A stretch of DNA of 64,000 nt from Lingula anatina (lineage: Eukaryota > Animalia > Brachiopoda). This document shows positions 38,367 through 53,300 of this stretch, one piece after another. The notes under the pieces were generated by a model, which saw nothing but the letters and a program-made list of their open reading frames with translations, made no database searches and had not been told where the DNA came from. A program made the translations under genes and the position numbers. The DNA lies in assembly GCA_051362555.1 (NCBI GenBank), contig CM120648.1:18534587-18598586 (forward strand). Reading direction: 5' to 3'. Numbering within the stretch: position 1 is the stretch's first letter; the number at the start of each line of letters is the position of its first letter.

Positions 38367-39317
38367 GATCTACTGTCGGAATGGAAGCCATGTTAGGGCA
38401 GTCTAGACGAGGTGTAAATCCAAGATCAGGACAGGTGACAGTACAGACACAACCTCCATTAGCTGAACAGGAAACAAATACAACATCAGCTCCAAATCAA
38501 TTTGTATTCTTAGAGAAGGCAGAATGTGTGCGTTCCTTCAGTGCTAAACTGGAAGATGATAGAAGAGGAATATTCATAACTGGGTTAGCCATAGATAAGG
38601 AACACATGTTTGTTGTGGATATAGGAAACAACAGAACAAAAGTATTCACACATGAAGGACAATTTAAGTTTGACATTAAAGTAAACAAACCATGGGATGT
38701 GGCTGTGTCACAGACTGGTCACCTGTATATAACATCACCAGGTGACAGATGTGTCCAAGTGTACTCCACCAGAGGTCAGCAGGTGACAACCATGGGTCAG
38801 GGTCTACTGGAGTTACCACGGGGTATTACACTGAACAGACAAGGTCATGTGATGGTTTGTGACAGTGGGATAAAGAAGTTCATCTTGACATTCCATGCAG
38901 ACAGTGGACAGCTCCTGAACACTATTCCACTCAGTATGTGTGAATACCCAGAGTACATCACAGTGAACAGTGTGAATGATAACATTGTGATATCAGACGT
39001 GTGGGGACACTGTGTACATGTGCTGTCACCTACTGGTGATCATCTGTACCAGTATGACGGCAGCAGAGAAGGCAGTGAACTGAGTTATCCATGTGGAGTG
39101 TGCACAGACAGCTATGGTCACATCTTCATTGCTGACAGGTATAACCACAGTATAGTGGCACTGAGTCCACAGGGACAGTTTATCAGATACATTGTCACTG
39201 AGGATGATGGGTTGGAGTATCCCAATGCAGTAGTCATCAACCCTGCTACTGGTCAACTGGTGGTGGGAGAGATAGAGGGCAATGTTAAGACATTCCAGTA
39301 CATTGAACTGAAACAAG
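38367..39317 (+). CDS. NHL-repeat beta-propeller exon (TRIM2/3/71-like C-terminal domain), ORF 38381-39325
   Basis: Repeats ITGLAID, KPWDVAVS, LPRGITLN, YPEYITVN, YPCGVCTD..GHIFIAD, YPNAVVIN. Open for over 310 codons. Candidate phase-1 acceptor ttacag| at 38366 and strong donor AAG|GTGAGT after 39317. Confidence 0.9.
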
Positions 39318-40149
39318 GTGAGTAACATGTATAAACTGTGGATAAATATGATTATTATGTAAAAAATTAGAAAGTTTATTAGTTTTACAATGTTTTTATC
39401 CATGAATATGTTTGCCTTTATTTCAATAAAAAAAACTTTTAAGCAAATTTAAATTCAGTAAGCACACAGCTGTGCTTTAGTAAAAATGTATGTAGAGTGG
39501 AGACATTTTCTATAGTTAATACTTTACTGTTACTGACCAATTTCCATGAACCCATTATAGTGATTAGGATTTTGAATAAAGATAAAGAACTCTTTTTAAT
39601 GGAATTTATAGTATGCTTTATTTGTATTTTTATTAAGTCAGAAGAAAAACATCTTACATTGTTTAATCCCTGAACTTCTTGTCCATTTGTCAGTGAAGAA
39701 CAACTCAAGTCTCACAACAGAACAGTCCAATTCTTCATATTCTTCATCTTGTAGCTATTCATGAAAGCTTAGATATACCTAAATTCTCAAATGTACTTTG
39801 TCAAGTTTCTTGATGTCTTACCACTTCTAGATTCAAAGACATTTCATCACCAGTTTGTTGTTAACACACACAAATAAATTAAATGTTGAAGTACTTTGGA
39901 TGATACCTTATTTTCCTGACTTTGTGGATTGTTCTTTGCAAATAAAACTAGCAGACGACCATTTTTCATGAAATGGAACTACTTTTCACAGGAAGTAGTG
40001 TATTCATACACAACAGTGACCTTGGGTTTGGAATACAAAAAAATAGTACATGCATTCATACTGTCACAGCATGCAAATTATAATGAAATATACAAAACTA
40101 AACACATTTTTATGTAACACAAAAAGTTAAATGCATTTTTATTTATTTA

Positions 40150-40201
<52 letters not shown>

Positions 40202-40715
40202 CTGGATAAAAATGTTGATGAAATGGTTTTGACCACCTTTTTGGACTTTTTAAACTGCATGCTGATGGACCCACATATTTATGTCAAAGGCCAGGACCAA
40301 ATCTAGTCCCATGCATAAAAAGCCCAGACCCCATATGTTTATTATGCCCTGGCTGGGCCCATTCTTTATGCTGTTTGTATTGTTAACAGCATAATGGGCA
40401 AGTTAATTGACCAAGTTAATTGGCCAAGCTTATTGGCCAAGCTTCCAGTTTGTTTGTATGGCATGTGCAGGGGATGTCTTAGATCAAGGCGCATATTATG
40501 ATACCTATAGGTGTGGCAAATGAGATGTGCTTGTATTTCATTACCTGTAATTTGTAAAATACATCAGAGGATGATACTTTTAAAGCTGTTTAATGTTTAT
40601 ATTTAAAGACATGTGTGTCGTAGATTGATTTAGTAGCATTTACTAAAGAATTTAAGCACAACATTCGGAGCAGCAAGACATTTACTTTATGTGGACATCA
40701 AACAGAGGAGACATG

Positions 40716-41203
40716 GCAGATGTGTCTGTACATATTTATAACCTGTAAAAAAAATTGGTGATAATTATTCTGTAATTTATTATGTAATGTTACATCAACA
40801 AAAATCTTTTTGTGCTGCTACTACAAACATTATGAAAAGAAAACTTTGTTACTTATTATTATTTTTAACTTGCAAGTATGATCTTTAGGATTGGCATGCA
40901 GTTCAAATTTATTAGAAAGCCAGCTCAATTGGGTTATCATTTATTATTGAATTCATGCAATTTTGTGTGAAATTTTCATTTTTCTCATTCTGGCATTTTC
41001 AAAGTGTGAACTCCCATGGGCCTGAAGCCATATTCTTGTTACACATTTTACTTACATAGGTATTACCTGTTGAGCACAAAAATTTGATGTTGAATTTGCA
41101 GTTAAGCATAGTGTACTTTTGCATCAGAATTGACAGTAGCCTATTTTGTGCATTGTTATTGTCTGCTTTTTGTCTTTACATTTGACAGCTATGCTGCCTT
41201 GTT
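40716..41203 (+). mobile_element. Internally deleted Helentron-like copy
   Basis: Starts with CAGATGTGTCTGTACATAT, matches about 46030-46440, and ends TTTGACAGCTATGCTGCCTTGTT like the larger copies. Confidence 0.6.
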
Positions 41204-42179
41204 GTACCACCAGCGTTAGCGCTGGCGGTACACATGGTTTCGGTCCCGACCAGATCGTTCCGCCGGCTCCGCCGGACGGCTACCGTTACCGCTTCTCCTC
41301 CTAGACCATAAGGACCCCCATACCCATCTCTTGGATTTAGGTCACCTATAATCTCAACTCGTTCCACGTAAAATTTGGGCTTTGTCGGTATTGGGGTCTG
41401 GGTGTGGCACTCATTGCAATGCACCCTTGTCCAAAAATGGCAAAATTAAATGCTAATTATCTACCCTACGGAAGGGGTTATGGGAAAAATTTCTACAGAC
41501 GGCTTTCCAAAAGTCATATGTGTAGATTTCAAATATGCCCTTGGATTTGACCTTTGACCTTTACTTCAAGGTCAAACGGGCCAAAATTTTCAAAAAAATA
41601 AAAATTTTTACGAAAAAAAATTTTTTTTGCCCTGTTATTCAGACACCACACAGACTTAACCAATAATATTATTGGAAAGTGTTACCCTTCAGGTCATCTT
41701 TCATCTCCGTGAATTTGGGGTCAATCGGTGCATTTTCACGGGAGTAGCGACCATAAGATACCGAAACTGAAAACTGTCTCTAATTCGGGAACCGTTAATG
41801 CTAGAGACCCATTCTTTTTTGCATTTTGTAGAGCATGTAAAGCCCAACATTGGAAGTGGTCTCCGTTTTTTTGTATTCCATACGGTTTTTGAGTTACGCT
41901 GTATCAAAAAGTACATATTGGTAGTGAAAGCAAAATGTGCAGTACGGTAATGGATAATAAATTTTGAACTCCGGAAAAATAAAACATAAGGCTTGGCAAA
42001 GCAGACAACTTGTGGTCAAAAATGACATTATTTCATTAAATTTGAACTTTTGATACTTCAGAGCACCTCCCATTTCAAGAATTTTGACCTAAATGACCTT
42101 TTCTTTATATTAAAATTTAATTTTTTCTGTAGGAAATTTATGGCACATTATGGTAACTCCAAAATTACAACATTTAGTC

Positions 42180-43440
42180 CCTTATATCTCCAAAACTGGC
42201 AGAGATATGTCCATAGTTACTATTGAAGTTAAATAGGAAGTCATATACTGGCAATCTAAATGTGACCTTAAAATTGACCTTTGACCTACTTTTCACCATG
42301 AACTGAACTTGGCAAATTTTGCTTCCCTTTTATCTCCAAAACTGGCAGAGATAGGTCCATAGTTACTATTGAACTTGAATAGGAAGTCATATACTGGCAA
42401 TCTAAATGTGACCTTGAAATTGACCTTTGACCTACTTTTTATCATGAATTGAACTTTGCAAAATTGCTTCCCTTTTATCTCCAAAACTGGCAGAGATAGG
42501 TCCATAGTTGCTATTGAACTTGAAAGGGAAGTAATATCCTGGCAATCTAAATGTGACCTTGAAATTGACCTTTGACCTACTTTTCACCATGAACTGAACT
42601 TTGCAAATTTTGCTGCCCTTTTATCTCCAAAACTGGCAGAGATAGGTCCATAGTTACTATTGAACTTGAATAGGAAGTCATACACTGGCAATCTGAATGT
42701 GACCTTGAAATTGACCTTTGACTTACTTTTCACCATGAACTGAACTTTGCAAATTTTGCTGCCCTTTTATCTCCAAAACTGGCAGAGATAGGTCCATAGT
42801 TACTATTGAACTTGAATAGGAAGCAATCTGAATGTGACCTTGAAATTGACCTTTGACCTACTTTTCACCATGAACTGAACTTTGCAAATTTTGCTTCCCT
42901 TTTATCTCCAAAACTGGCAGAGATAGGTCCATAGTTACTATTGAACTTGAATAGGAAGTCATATACTGGCAATCTAAACGTGACTTTGAAATTGTCCTTT
43001 GACCTACTTTTCACCATGAACTGAACTTTGCAAATTTTGCTGTCCTTTTATCTCCAAAACTGGCAGAGATAGTTCCAAAGTTACTATTGAACTTGAATAG
43101 GAAGTCATACACTGGCAATCTTAATGTGACCTTTAAATTGACCTTTGACCTATTTTTTTATTATGAACTGAACTTTTCAAAATTTGCTTCCCTTTTATCT
43201 CCCAAACTGGCAGAGATAGGTCCAAAGTTACTATTGAAGTTGAATAGGAAGTCATATACTGGTAATCTTAATGTGACCTTAAAATTGACCTTTGACCTAC
43301 TTTTTACCATGTACTGAACTTTGCAAATTTTGCTTCCCTTTTATCTCCAAAACTGGCAGAGATAGGTCCATAGTTACTATTGAAGTTGAATAGGAAGTCA
43401 TATACTGGCAATCTTACTGTGAAATTAACCTTTCACCTAC
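42180..43440. repeat. 146-bp tandem array (about 8.5 copies) with Helentron/HINE-type core motifs
   Basis: Unit contains ATAGTTACTATTGAACTTGAATAGGAAGTCATAT and TGACCTTGAAATTGACCTTTGACC. Further copies at about 49320-49540. Confidence 0.9.
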
Positions 43441-43462
43441 CTTTTGATGAACTTTTGATATA

Positions 43463-46400
43463 TTTTTATGTACAGACACAGATGTGTCTGTACATATAGC
43501 CGTCATCTGCGTCTGTCATCGCCGTCGTCGCTGTCGCCGTCGCCATCGCCGTCGCCGTGCACTTTTACCAATAACACGATAAGTGGAAAACTGTTTTTTC
43601 TTTTGGCTTGAAACTTACAGAACTAATGAATATTCATAATACGCAGGTCAAGTTCGAAAATCAGCATGATCGGGTCACTTATAGGGAATTTATGCTGTTT
43701 TTTCACTTTTTTCAGCATAAATGAAGCACCGATAACACGATAAGTGAAAAACTGTTTTACTTTTTGGCTTGAAACTTACAGAACTGATGAATATTCATAA
43801 TACGCAGGTCAAGTTCGAAAACCAGCGTGATTGGGTCATTTTTAATGAATTTAGGCTATTTTTCTCTTTTTTCAGCATAAATGCAGCACCGATAACATGA
43901 TAAGTGGAAAACCATTTTACTTTTTGGCTTGAAACTTACAGAACTGATAAATATTCGTAATACGCAGCTCAAGTTCAAAAATCGGCATGATTGGGTCATT
44001 TTTTAGTGAATTTAGGCTATTTTTTCTCTTTTTTCAGCATATATATACAGCACCGATAACACGATAACTGGAAAACCGTTTTGGCTTTTGGCTTGAAACT
44101 TAGAGAACTGATAAATATTTATAATACGCAGGTCAAGTTCGAAAATCAGCATGATCGGGTGACTTGTAGGGAAGTTATGCTGTTTTTTTTTTTACTTTTT
44201 TCAGCATATATGCAGCACCGATAACAAGATAAGTGGAAAACAGCTTTACTTTTTGGCTTCAAACTTACAAAACTGATGAAGATTCATAATCCGCAGATCA
44301 AGTTCAAAAATCAGCATGATCAAGCCATTTTTAGGGGAGTTATGCTATTTTTTCACTTTTTTCAACATATATGCAACACTGATAACACTATATAAGAAAA
44401 ACAGATAGGCCAATTGTCATTATACTTACAGGAGTGGTCAATCTTACTAAAATGCAGGTTGAGTTGGAAAATCAGCATAATCTGGCCATTATTTTAGAAG
44501 TTATGCTGTTTTTTCACATTTCCTCAGATTCAATTCTTAAGCATGTTAACAGTCTCATTATTTAACTAATAAGATACGTAACAGTGTTTGTTTGATATTT
44601 CCTGCATCTTTACAACATTGTTAGTTGATTATGTAAAAATGATGGTAAACTTGATATTGTGTATTGTGTAATAAAGTGTCAAAAATGGAAATAAACTCAT
44701 ATCATATCATATTGCAGTTTGTTAGATTCAATCATCAACTATGTTCAGAATCTCAGAATGGAGGAAATTGGACATTTAACACTGTTCTATTGATATTTTT
44801 CCCATCTCATCAATTTTCTTAGTTGGTCATATAAAAATGGAAGTATACTGTTTATTTTGTTTTGTTTAAAAAGTGTTAAAATGGAAATAAACCCATTTCA
44901 GAACAGTGCTGTCTTTTTTTACAGTTTGGCATTTTTAAGATGTGACTTTGAAGTTCCATGAGCCTGCAGATCTTTGCTAGTCACATTTTCTGAATATCCA
45001 TGATACTAATATTTTATGATTAAAAAGTGATGGTCATTATGCTGTAAAACATTATGTAATATTGCATCAAAATTTGAAGAAACCCCTATATTGGGCACTG
45101 CTCCCATGATGACCATTTAAGGAAAGTCATGTCACTTACTGTTCTCAAACTTACAGGAAAGAAACATGGGACTAAAATACAGCTTCAGTAGGCAATGCAG
45201 TCTGTTTGGTAAATTTTTCTGGTAGTTAAGCAGTTTTTTTGTGAAAATTTAATTTTTCACATATTGGCATTTTCAATGTATGACTTTGAAGTTCCATGAT
45301 CCTGAAGACCTTTGCTTGTCACATTTTCTGAATATGCGTTATACTAATATTTTATAATTAAAAATTGATGGTCATTGTGCTGTTAAACATTATGTAATGT
45401 TGCATCAAAATTTGAAGAAACCCCTGTTTTGGGCACTGCTCCCATGATGACCATTTAAGGAAAATCGTGTCAATTACTGTTCTCAAACTTACAGGAAAGA
45501 AACATGGGTCTAAAATACAGCTTCAGTAGGCAATGCAGTCTGTTTGGTTAATTTTTCTGGCAATTAAACAGTTTTTTGTGAAAATGTAATTTTTCACATA
45601 TTGGCATTTCCAAGGTGTGACTTAGAACCTCCACGGGCTTGAAGACCCATGCTAGTCACATTTTCTGAAAATTCATGACACTTATATTTTATTATTAAAA
45701 ATCGATGGTCATTATGCCGTTAAGCATTATGTAATGTTGCATCAAAATAGAAGAAAACACAATTTTGGGTGCTGCTGCCTTGATGACCATTATGGGAAAA
45801 CTGTGTTACTTATGACTGTCAAACTTTCAAAAAAGAAACACAGGACTAAAATGCAGCCTGAGTTGGAAAAGCAGTCTAATTGGCTTCTTTTTCTGGAAGC
45901 TATACATTTTAGTGTAATATTCATTATCTTTTTGGCATATTCATTGTGGGACTCAGAGCTCCCATGAACATGAAGCCGAATGGTAATCATATTTTCTACA
46001 TGTCCATCCTATTTATAGTCAATAAACAAAAATTGGTGATAATTATTCTCTAATTTATTATGTAATGTTACATCAAAATTGACAACAATCTTTTTGCACT
46101 GCTACTGCAAACATTATGAAAAGAAAACTGTGCTACTTATTATCATTTTTAACTTACAAGTACGATTTTTAGGATTGGCCTTCAGCTCATATGAGAAAAC
46201 CAGCTCTATTGGATTATCATTTTTATTGAATTTATGCATTTTTTGTGAAATTTTCATTTTTCTCATTCTGGCACTTTCTAAGTATAAACTTGAACTCCGA
46301 TGGGCCTGAAGCCTTATGCTTTTAATTTCGTCTGTGTTACCTGTTGTGCATAAGTTGATGTTGACTGTGCAGTTAAACATAATGTATTATTGCATCAGGA

Positions 46401-47550
46401 TTGGTAGTCTCCTATTTTGGGCATTATGGTTTTGTGCTTTTCTTAAAGTGTGACTTATGGGCCTAAAGACCTTTGAGTGGGTCAGTCTGTAAATTACCCT
46501 TGGGTATCACTAGATTAATTTCAGAGTTATAAAGTCATTTGCCTTAATAGGCCATTAAATGAGATTACATAAAGCACACTTGTTGATATTTCCCTGTAAA
46601 CTCCCAAAGGTAAAGCTCTCTGCTAGATTAATAATAAGGAAGCAGTGATAATTATGCAGGTAAATTTTGTTTAATATTGCAAATAAGTTTTAAATAATAT
46701 ATATATATATATATCAAACTGGAAGATTAAAAGTTTGAATAGCATCTTCATTGGAATTAAATTTACCTCAAGCTCTGCCAAGGAGGTCATATTTTCACCC
46801 CCATTTGTCTGTCATCCACATAACACAAAAAGTTATGGACTGATTTTGCAGAAATTTTCAGGAACTGTCGGAAGTGGGCCAAAGGGGACAATGATTAATT
46901 TTTGGTGGTGGTCTGGAACAATAATCAATCAATTATCAATAATAATCAACAATTGCTGCCTTGGCAGAGGTCTGCACTCTCAAAGTGCTTTTCTAGCTTT
47001 GTTATGTTTTCCTTTATAATTTTTTCTCAAACACTTGCATTTGTGACTTTTAACTCTCATCTGCCTGGGGCTCTGCACATTTTCTGTATTTCCACATAAG
47101 CAGTTGTATTGTTTTTTATGTCTTTAAACATGTATTATTATTTTATGCACTGTCATCATTTTTCAAATATTGAGAGTTTCATAATGTGAATTTGAACTCT
47201 CATGGTCCTGAATCTGTAATTTTATTGAAGGGGTGGACCATCTTCTGGGTCTTCCTGAAGACAGTCAGGTTATTAAGTTTATATTGACTGGTATGTATTT
47301 TTTCTGTTGGAAGACCATCAAAATGGTGGATGGATCAACATAGATACTTTGGAATACTGTCAGAAAATATCTCTGGGTCCGCTCCTGTTATTGACCATGT
47401 TACCTGTTGTGCAAGATTAAAATTCAGTGTTGACTGACAGTGCTATTATAAGCATTATTTATTATTGCATCAAAATTGACAAAATGACCTTTTTTGCATC
47501 TTTATTTTCTGTTTTTTGTCTGTACATTTGACAGCTTTGCTGCCTTGTTT
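43463..47550 (+). mobile_element. Non-autonomous Helentron-like element with internal 161-bp tandem repeats
   Basis: T-rich start, palindrome TGTACAGACACAGATGTGTCTGTACA, (GTCGCC)n, 161-bp units, and a 3' subterminal TGTCTGTACA followed by TTTGACAGCTTTGCTGCCTTGTT. Confidence 0.75.
46763..46998 (+). mobile_element. Short nested Helentron-like MITE (second copy about 54570-54755)
   Basis: CTCTGCCAAGGAGGT...CCTTGGCAGAGGTCTGCACTCT subterminal inverted repeat. Confidence 0.6.
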
Positions 47551-49670
47551 TGCATATTTTGAAAATTCTTGTTGATTGCATTTTTACAGCTTGTCAAGCA
47601 AAAGACTGGTGGCTGTGTCCCTTATTTTGTGTATGTAGGGGTCTATACGAATGCGCTTGCTCCAGCTGGTGGTACAATATTCGGAGGCGGTATCACCTCT
47701 CTGATCCTCTAGTTTACCCTTATCTTTGGATGCTGTGTTTTCACTCAATGCACATGTGCCAGTGTATGAATGGATTTGAAGTTAGTCATAATTTCTTGAT
47801 ATTTCCAATTCCTCTTGTTCAACTTCAGGTATTTTCATTGGTGTTTGTATTTTGGTCTGTTATTACTTGAGCGTGATGCTGAGAATGATTGACTGATGAT
47901 GAAGACAAAAGAATGAGTTCGCACACTTTATATGATATCTCTATTGCACTGTTTATTTTCATACAGCATACTCTAATTATGATTTTACATTAAAGAAGTG
48001 CTTTAAATGTCATTCGAACATTGGAATTACTGTAATTTTTTGTTTTTGATGTGCAAGAAGTTTGAAAAGCACCAGAAAAATGGGATAGGTATTTTTGTTA
48101 TAACAACCAACACAATAATTAGCTTCCAAAATTGTAATTCTCTTATTATATCTGTCCATAATTGTTTCATTTAAGCTTTCCTACTTGTACATGTCTTGTT
48201 CTTCAGACTGCATATTCAGTTGAGATTTTTTACTGAGAATGAAAAAAGTATGTCTGTGACCATAATGTAACAACGAACACCAAATTTAGCTTCTACTGGT
48301 TGCAAAGAGCAGTGTATGTGTGCACTGTTGTGTCATTGCTTTGTATATTGGTACAAGATCTAGAAAAAATACATGTGATCTGTTCTCAGACAAACTGTGT
48401 AGCTTCCAGGTGTATTTTAGTGCTCATAAGTATGTCCATTCTTAAGATGTAACAACCAACACCAACATTGTTATTTTCCTGTGTTCATTCACAGTGTATT
48501 TCCAACTGATGCTTGTTTTCTGTCAAAAGGGTTGACATAAATTTGAATACATACTAAATGAAAGTCATGTAGGTGTGTTTTCTTGTTTATTTTTAAAAGT
48601 TTGAATGTGTGGAAGGGTTGATTGTTACGCCGGACATACCACAACATGCAAATATTTACAGAAATTATTTCTCATGGCAATTTTTGCATTGTATATCCCC
48701 TAAGGATAGCTTTCTTTTCAAATTAAATGTTAAGATTACTCCCAACAATTATTTCTTCATTGCACAGGAGCTGTATTTGTATGTCCGGCGTAACAACCAA
48801 CACCAAGCTGTCTCATCAGCTATTTCTAGCTGCTATATCTCAAAAACCTGCTGATGAGTTATCTTTTTATATGCAGGGTAACACTCTTAAAACAGCACAC
48901 TTTCAGTACCACTAGCTGTGACACCTGAAAAAGCATGTCTAGTTTTGGTCCTTTTAGTTATCTTTTGCCACGACATTTTGTCACATGCTCATATACATAT
49001 GTTTGTGCCAATTTTTAGAAACTACACCGACCTAAGTGGGGGGATTACATTTTGGGACTTCATCTTCGGGAGTTTGGGGTCAATTGGTGCATTTTCACAG
49101 GAAAAGCAGCCGTTAGATGCCAAAGCTGAAAACTCTCTATTAAACCCGAACCCTAAATACAAGAACCTCTTGTTTTTTGCATTACGTAGAGCTTGTCAAG
49201 CTCAATTAATACTGGGGTTGGAATCCATTTTTTTTTGTTTGTTTTTGATATGTAGGTTAGGAGTTGTGCTATATAAAAAAGTACATTTCAATTTTCAGTA
49301 GTGAAGCAAAATGTGAAATACTCAAAAACTGGCAGAGATACACCCATGGTTACTATTGACCTTGAATAAGAAGTCACATACTGGCAGCCAAACTGTGACC
49401 TTGAAATTGACCTTTGACCTACTTTTCATCATGTACTAAGTCTTGCAAATTTTTTGCCTCTTTTATCTGCAAAAATGACAGAGATACACTTATAGTTACT
49501 ATTGACCTTGAATAGGAAGTCATATACTGGCAATCTTACATTACGCCGCTTTGTAATCTGGAACATAGTCGATCTTACACGTCAGAATTTGTGTGCAAAT
49601 CGACTTTGTGATTTACATGATAAATGTCTTTATACTTCACTTCGTTCTTCAGCAGTGATTCAGTATCCAG

Positions 49671-50357
49671 GGGCCGGTTTCACAAAGCAGTAGTTAGTTA
49701 GCCATCGGTAGTTAGCCTCTCGCTAGTTATAGTGCCATTTCACGAAGCAGTCGCTATTTCTTTGCTCGTTATTGTCTCGTTGTTGTCTTGGATATTTAAC
49801 GACTGGTCAGACCAGTCGCTAACTCTAGAGTTTCATCGTACGCATGCGTAATGAGTGAAATAAAAAGGTTGCTTAGTTACCGTTGTCTGTCGTTTGTCTT
49901 TGTATCCAATATGGCGGCTACTTTTTTTTGTTATCCGTACCGCCAGACGGCAACGTAGACTACAACGTTTTCATGAAAGGCAGAATCTATTAGAATATAC
50001 ACACGATGATGCAATTTACGAGAGGTTGCGCCGAGCTGTGACAAAAAGAGCGGCAAAAAGGTGGCGGAGATCCTTTACGACGACCTCAAAGCAGACGTTC
50101 TTATGCATTTCCAGCCACCAAAAATTGGAGAGTTAGTGCTTTTGTGACACTTTTACGCAAGATTTCCACTTCCGGCAGACGGTTTCGAGACTACGGTGAG
50201 TAACGAGAGAACTAACGACCGAACTTTACGACTGAACTTAGCGATGAGTTAACGACTGCTTCGTGAAACACCTCTCGAAAATCGCAAAATTTGCTCGTTA
50301 GCGAGGTAGTTCAGTAGTTAGTTGTTCTAACTAACTACTGCTTTGTGAAACCGGCCC
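49671..50357. mobile_element. Non-autonomous Harbinger element, 687 bp
   Basis: Perfect TIR GGGCCGGTTTCACAAAGCAGTAGTTAGTTAG at both ends and a 3-bp TSD CAG on both sides. Confidence 0.9.
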
Positions 50358-50371
50358 CAGATTACACACCC

Positions 50372-53300
50372 TTTTTATGTACAGACACAGATGTGTCTGT
50401 ACATATAGCCATCATCTGCGTCTGTCGTCGCCGTCGCCGTCGCCGTCGTCGCTGTCATCGCCGTCGTCGCCGTCGTCGCCGTCGCCGTGCACTTTTACCG
50501 ATAACACGATAAATGGAAAACTGTTTTTTCTTTTGGTATGAAACTTACAGAACTGATGAATATTCATAATACGCAGGTCAAGTTCGAAAATCAGCATAAT
50601 CGGGTCACTTTTAGGGAATTTATGCTGTTTTTTCACTTTTTTCAGCATATATGCAGCACTGATAACACGATAAGTGGAAAACCATTTTACCTTTTGACTT
50701 GAAACTTACAAAACTGATGAATATTCATAATACGCAGGTCAAGTTCGAAAATCAGCATGATCGGGTCACTTTTAGGGAATTTATGCTGTTTTTTCACTTT
50801 TTTCAGCATATATGCAGCACCGATAACACGATAAGTGAAAAACCATTTTACCTTTTGGCTTGAAAGTTACAGAACTGATGAATATTCATAATACGCAGGT
50901 CAAGTTCGAAAATCAGCATGATCGGGTCACTTTTAGGGAATTTATGCTGTTTTTTCACTTTTTTCAGCATATATGCAGCACCGATAACACAATAAGTGAA
51001 AAACCATTTTACCTTTTGGCTTGAAAGTTACAGAACTGATGAATATTCATAATACGCAGGTCAAGTTTGAAAATCAGCATGATCGGGTCATTTTTAGGGA
51101 ATTTATGCTGTTTTTTCACTTTTTTCAGCATATATGCAACCCCGATAACACGATAAGTGGAAAACCATCCTACCTTTTGGCTTGAAACTTACAAAACTGA
51201 TTAATATTCATAATACACAGGTTAAGTTAGAAAATCAGCATGATTGGGTCATTTTTAGGGAATTTATGCTGTTTTTTCACTATTTTTCAGCATATATGCA
51301 GCACCGATAACACCATAAGTGGAAAACCAATTTACCTTTTGGCTTGAAACTTGTAGAACTGATAAATATTCATAATACGCAAGTCAAGTTCGAAAATCAG
51401 CATGATTCGATTATTGTTAGGGAATTTATGCTGTTTTTTCACTTTTTTCAGCATATATGCAGCACTGATAACACAATAAGTGGAAAACTGTTTTTTCATT
51501 TGGCTTGAAACTTACAGAACTAATGAATATTCATAATACGCAGGTCAAGTTTGAAAATCAGCAAGATCGGGCAATTTTTATGGAAGTTATCCTGTTTTTT
51601 TTTTTTTTTGTTTTTTTTTCAATTTTTTCAGCACTTTTATAACACCGATAACATGATAAGTGTAAGAATGTTTGTCCTTTTCTTGGATTGAAATTTACAG
51701 AACTGGTGAATATTTATTATACGCAGGTCAAGTTTGAAAATTGGCATGATTGGACTATTTTTACAAAAGTAATGCTGTTTTTTTCCCTTTATTCAGCATA
51801 CATGCAACACTGATAACGCATTTTAAGGAAAACCAATCAGCCTTTTGTCTTGCAACTCACAGGAGTGATCAATCTGACCAGTATACAGATCAAGTTTGAA
51901 AATAAGCTTGATCAGTTAAGTTTTGATGAAGTTATTAGCCTTTTTGTATATAAGTGGTTTTTCTTCAGATTTAATTCTTAAGCATGTTAACAGTCTCATA
52001 ACGGTACTAATTGGATATGTTAAAGTGTTGTTTTAACATTTTCTGCTTCTTAACAATATTGTTAGTTGATTATATAAAAATGACGGTAAACCTATTATCC
52101 TGCATTGTGTAATAAAGTATCAAAAATGGAAAGGAACTCATCATTGCAGTTCATCAGATTCAATCATTCACTATGTTCAGAATCTCCAAATGGAGCTAAT
52201 TGGACATTATAAATTGTTCTATTGATATTTTTCCTATGTCAACAATTTTCCTAGTTGATCATTTAAAAATGACAGTTAATTGATGATGGTTTTATGTAAA
52301 AAAGGTGTTGAAAATGGAAAGAAAATCATTTCAGTACAGTTATCTCTTGTTAACATTTTGGCATTTTGAAAGTGTGACCCTAACTTCCATGTCCTTGGAG
52401 ACCTTTCCATATCACATTTTCTGAATATCCATGATACTTTTATTTTTTTATAAAAAATTTGATGGTCATTATGCTGTTAAGTATTATGTTATATTGCATG
52501 AAAGTTAAAGAAAACCCTATTTTGGACACTGCTGCCAGGATAGCGATTAAGGGAAAACCATGTTACTTATGATAATCAACCTTACTGAAAAGAGTGAAGT
52601 GCAGCTTGTGTTGGAAAACCATCGTAATTGTTTTCTGTTTTGAAAGCAATGCAGTACAGTGCTATTTGGTGCAATAAATGTATATGGATAGTAGGCAGTT
52701 AATTCAGGGTTATAAAATAATTTGCTTAATTGATTTTCAAGTTATTTCAGGGTTATAAAATAATTTGCTTAATTAATTTTCAAGTGGGTATTAAATGAGA
52801 TTACATAAACACACATTGAGATTTCATTGTAAAGTCCCATCGGTTTAGCTTTCTTAACTGTGTCACATAATTAGGAATCGATGATTATTATGCAGGTAAA
52901 TGTTATTTAATATGGAAAATAAGTTTACAAAAAAAAATTTGTGTAACGCTTACATTATAATGCTAAAGATGAATAACAGTGCCTTATTATTCTCAAACTC
53001 AATAGGGTTATTCATATCATGTTAGTAATTGTACAGCTAGATTAAAAGTTTGAATAGCAGCTTTATTGGTATTTTTTGTTATGTTTTATTTTACATTTTC
53101 TTTTAATTTTTTTATGCTGTTTTTTCACTTTTTTCAACATATATGCAACATTAATAACACAATATAAGAAAAACAGCTTAGCCAATTGTCATTATACTCA
53201 CAGGAGTGGTCAATCTTACAAAAATGCAGGTTGAGTTCGAAAATCAGTGTTATCGGGCCATTATTTTAGAAGTTGTACTGTTTTTTCAAATTTCCTCAGA

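Noticed and set aside
47590-47880. Semi-open minus-strand frame (KIPEVEQEELE...)
   Set aside because: Contains stops and no recognisable domain.
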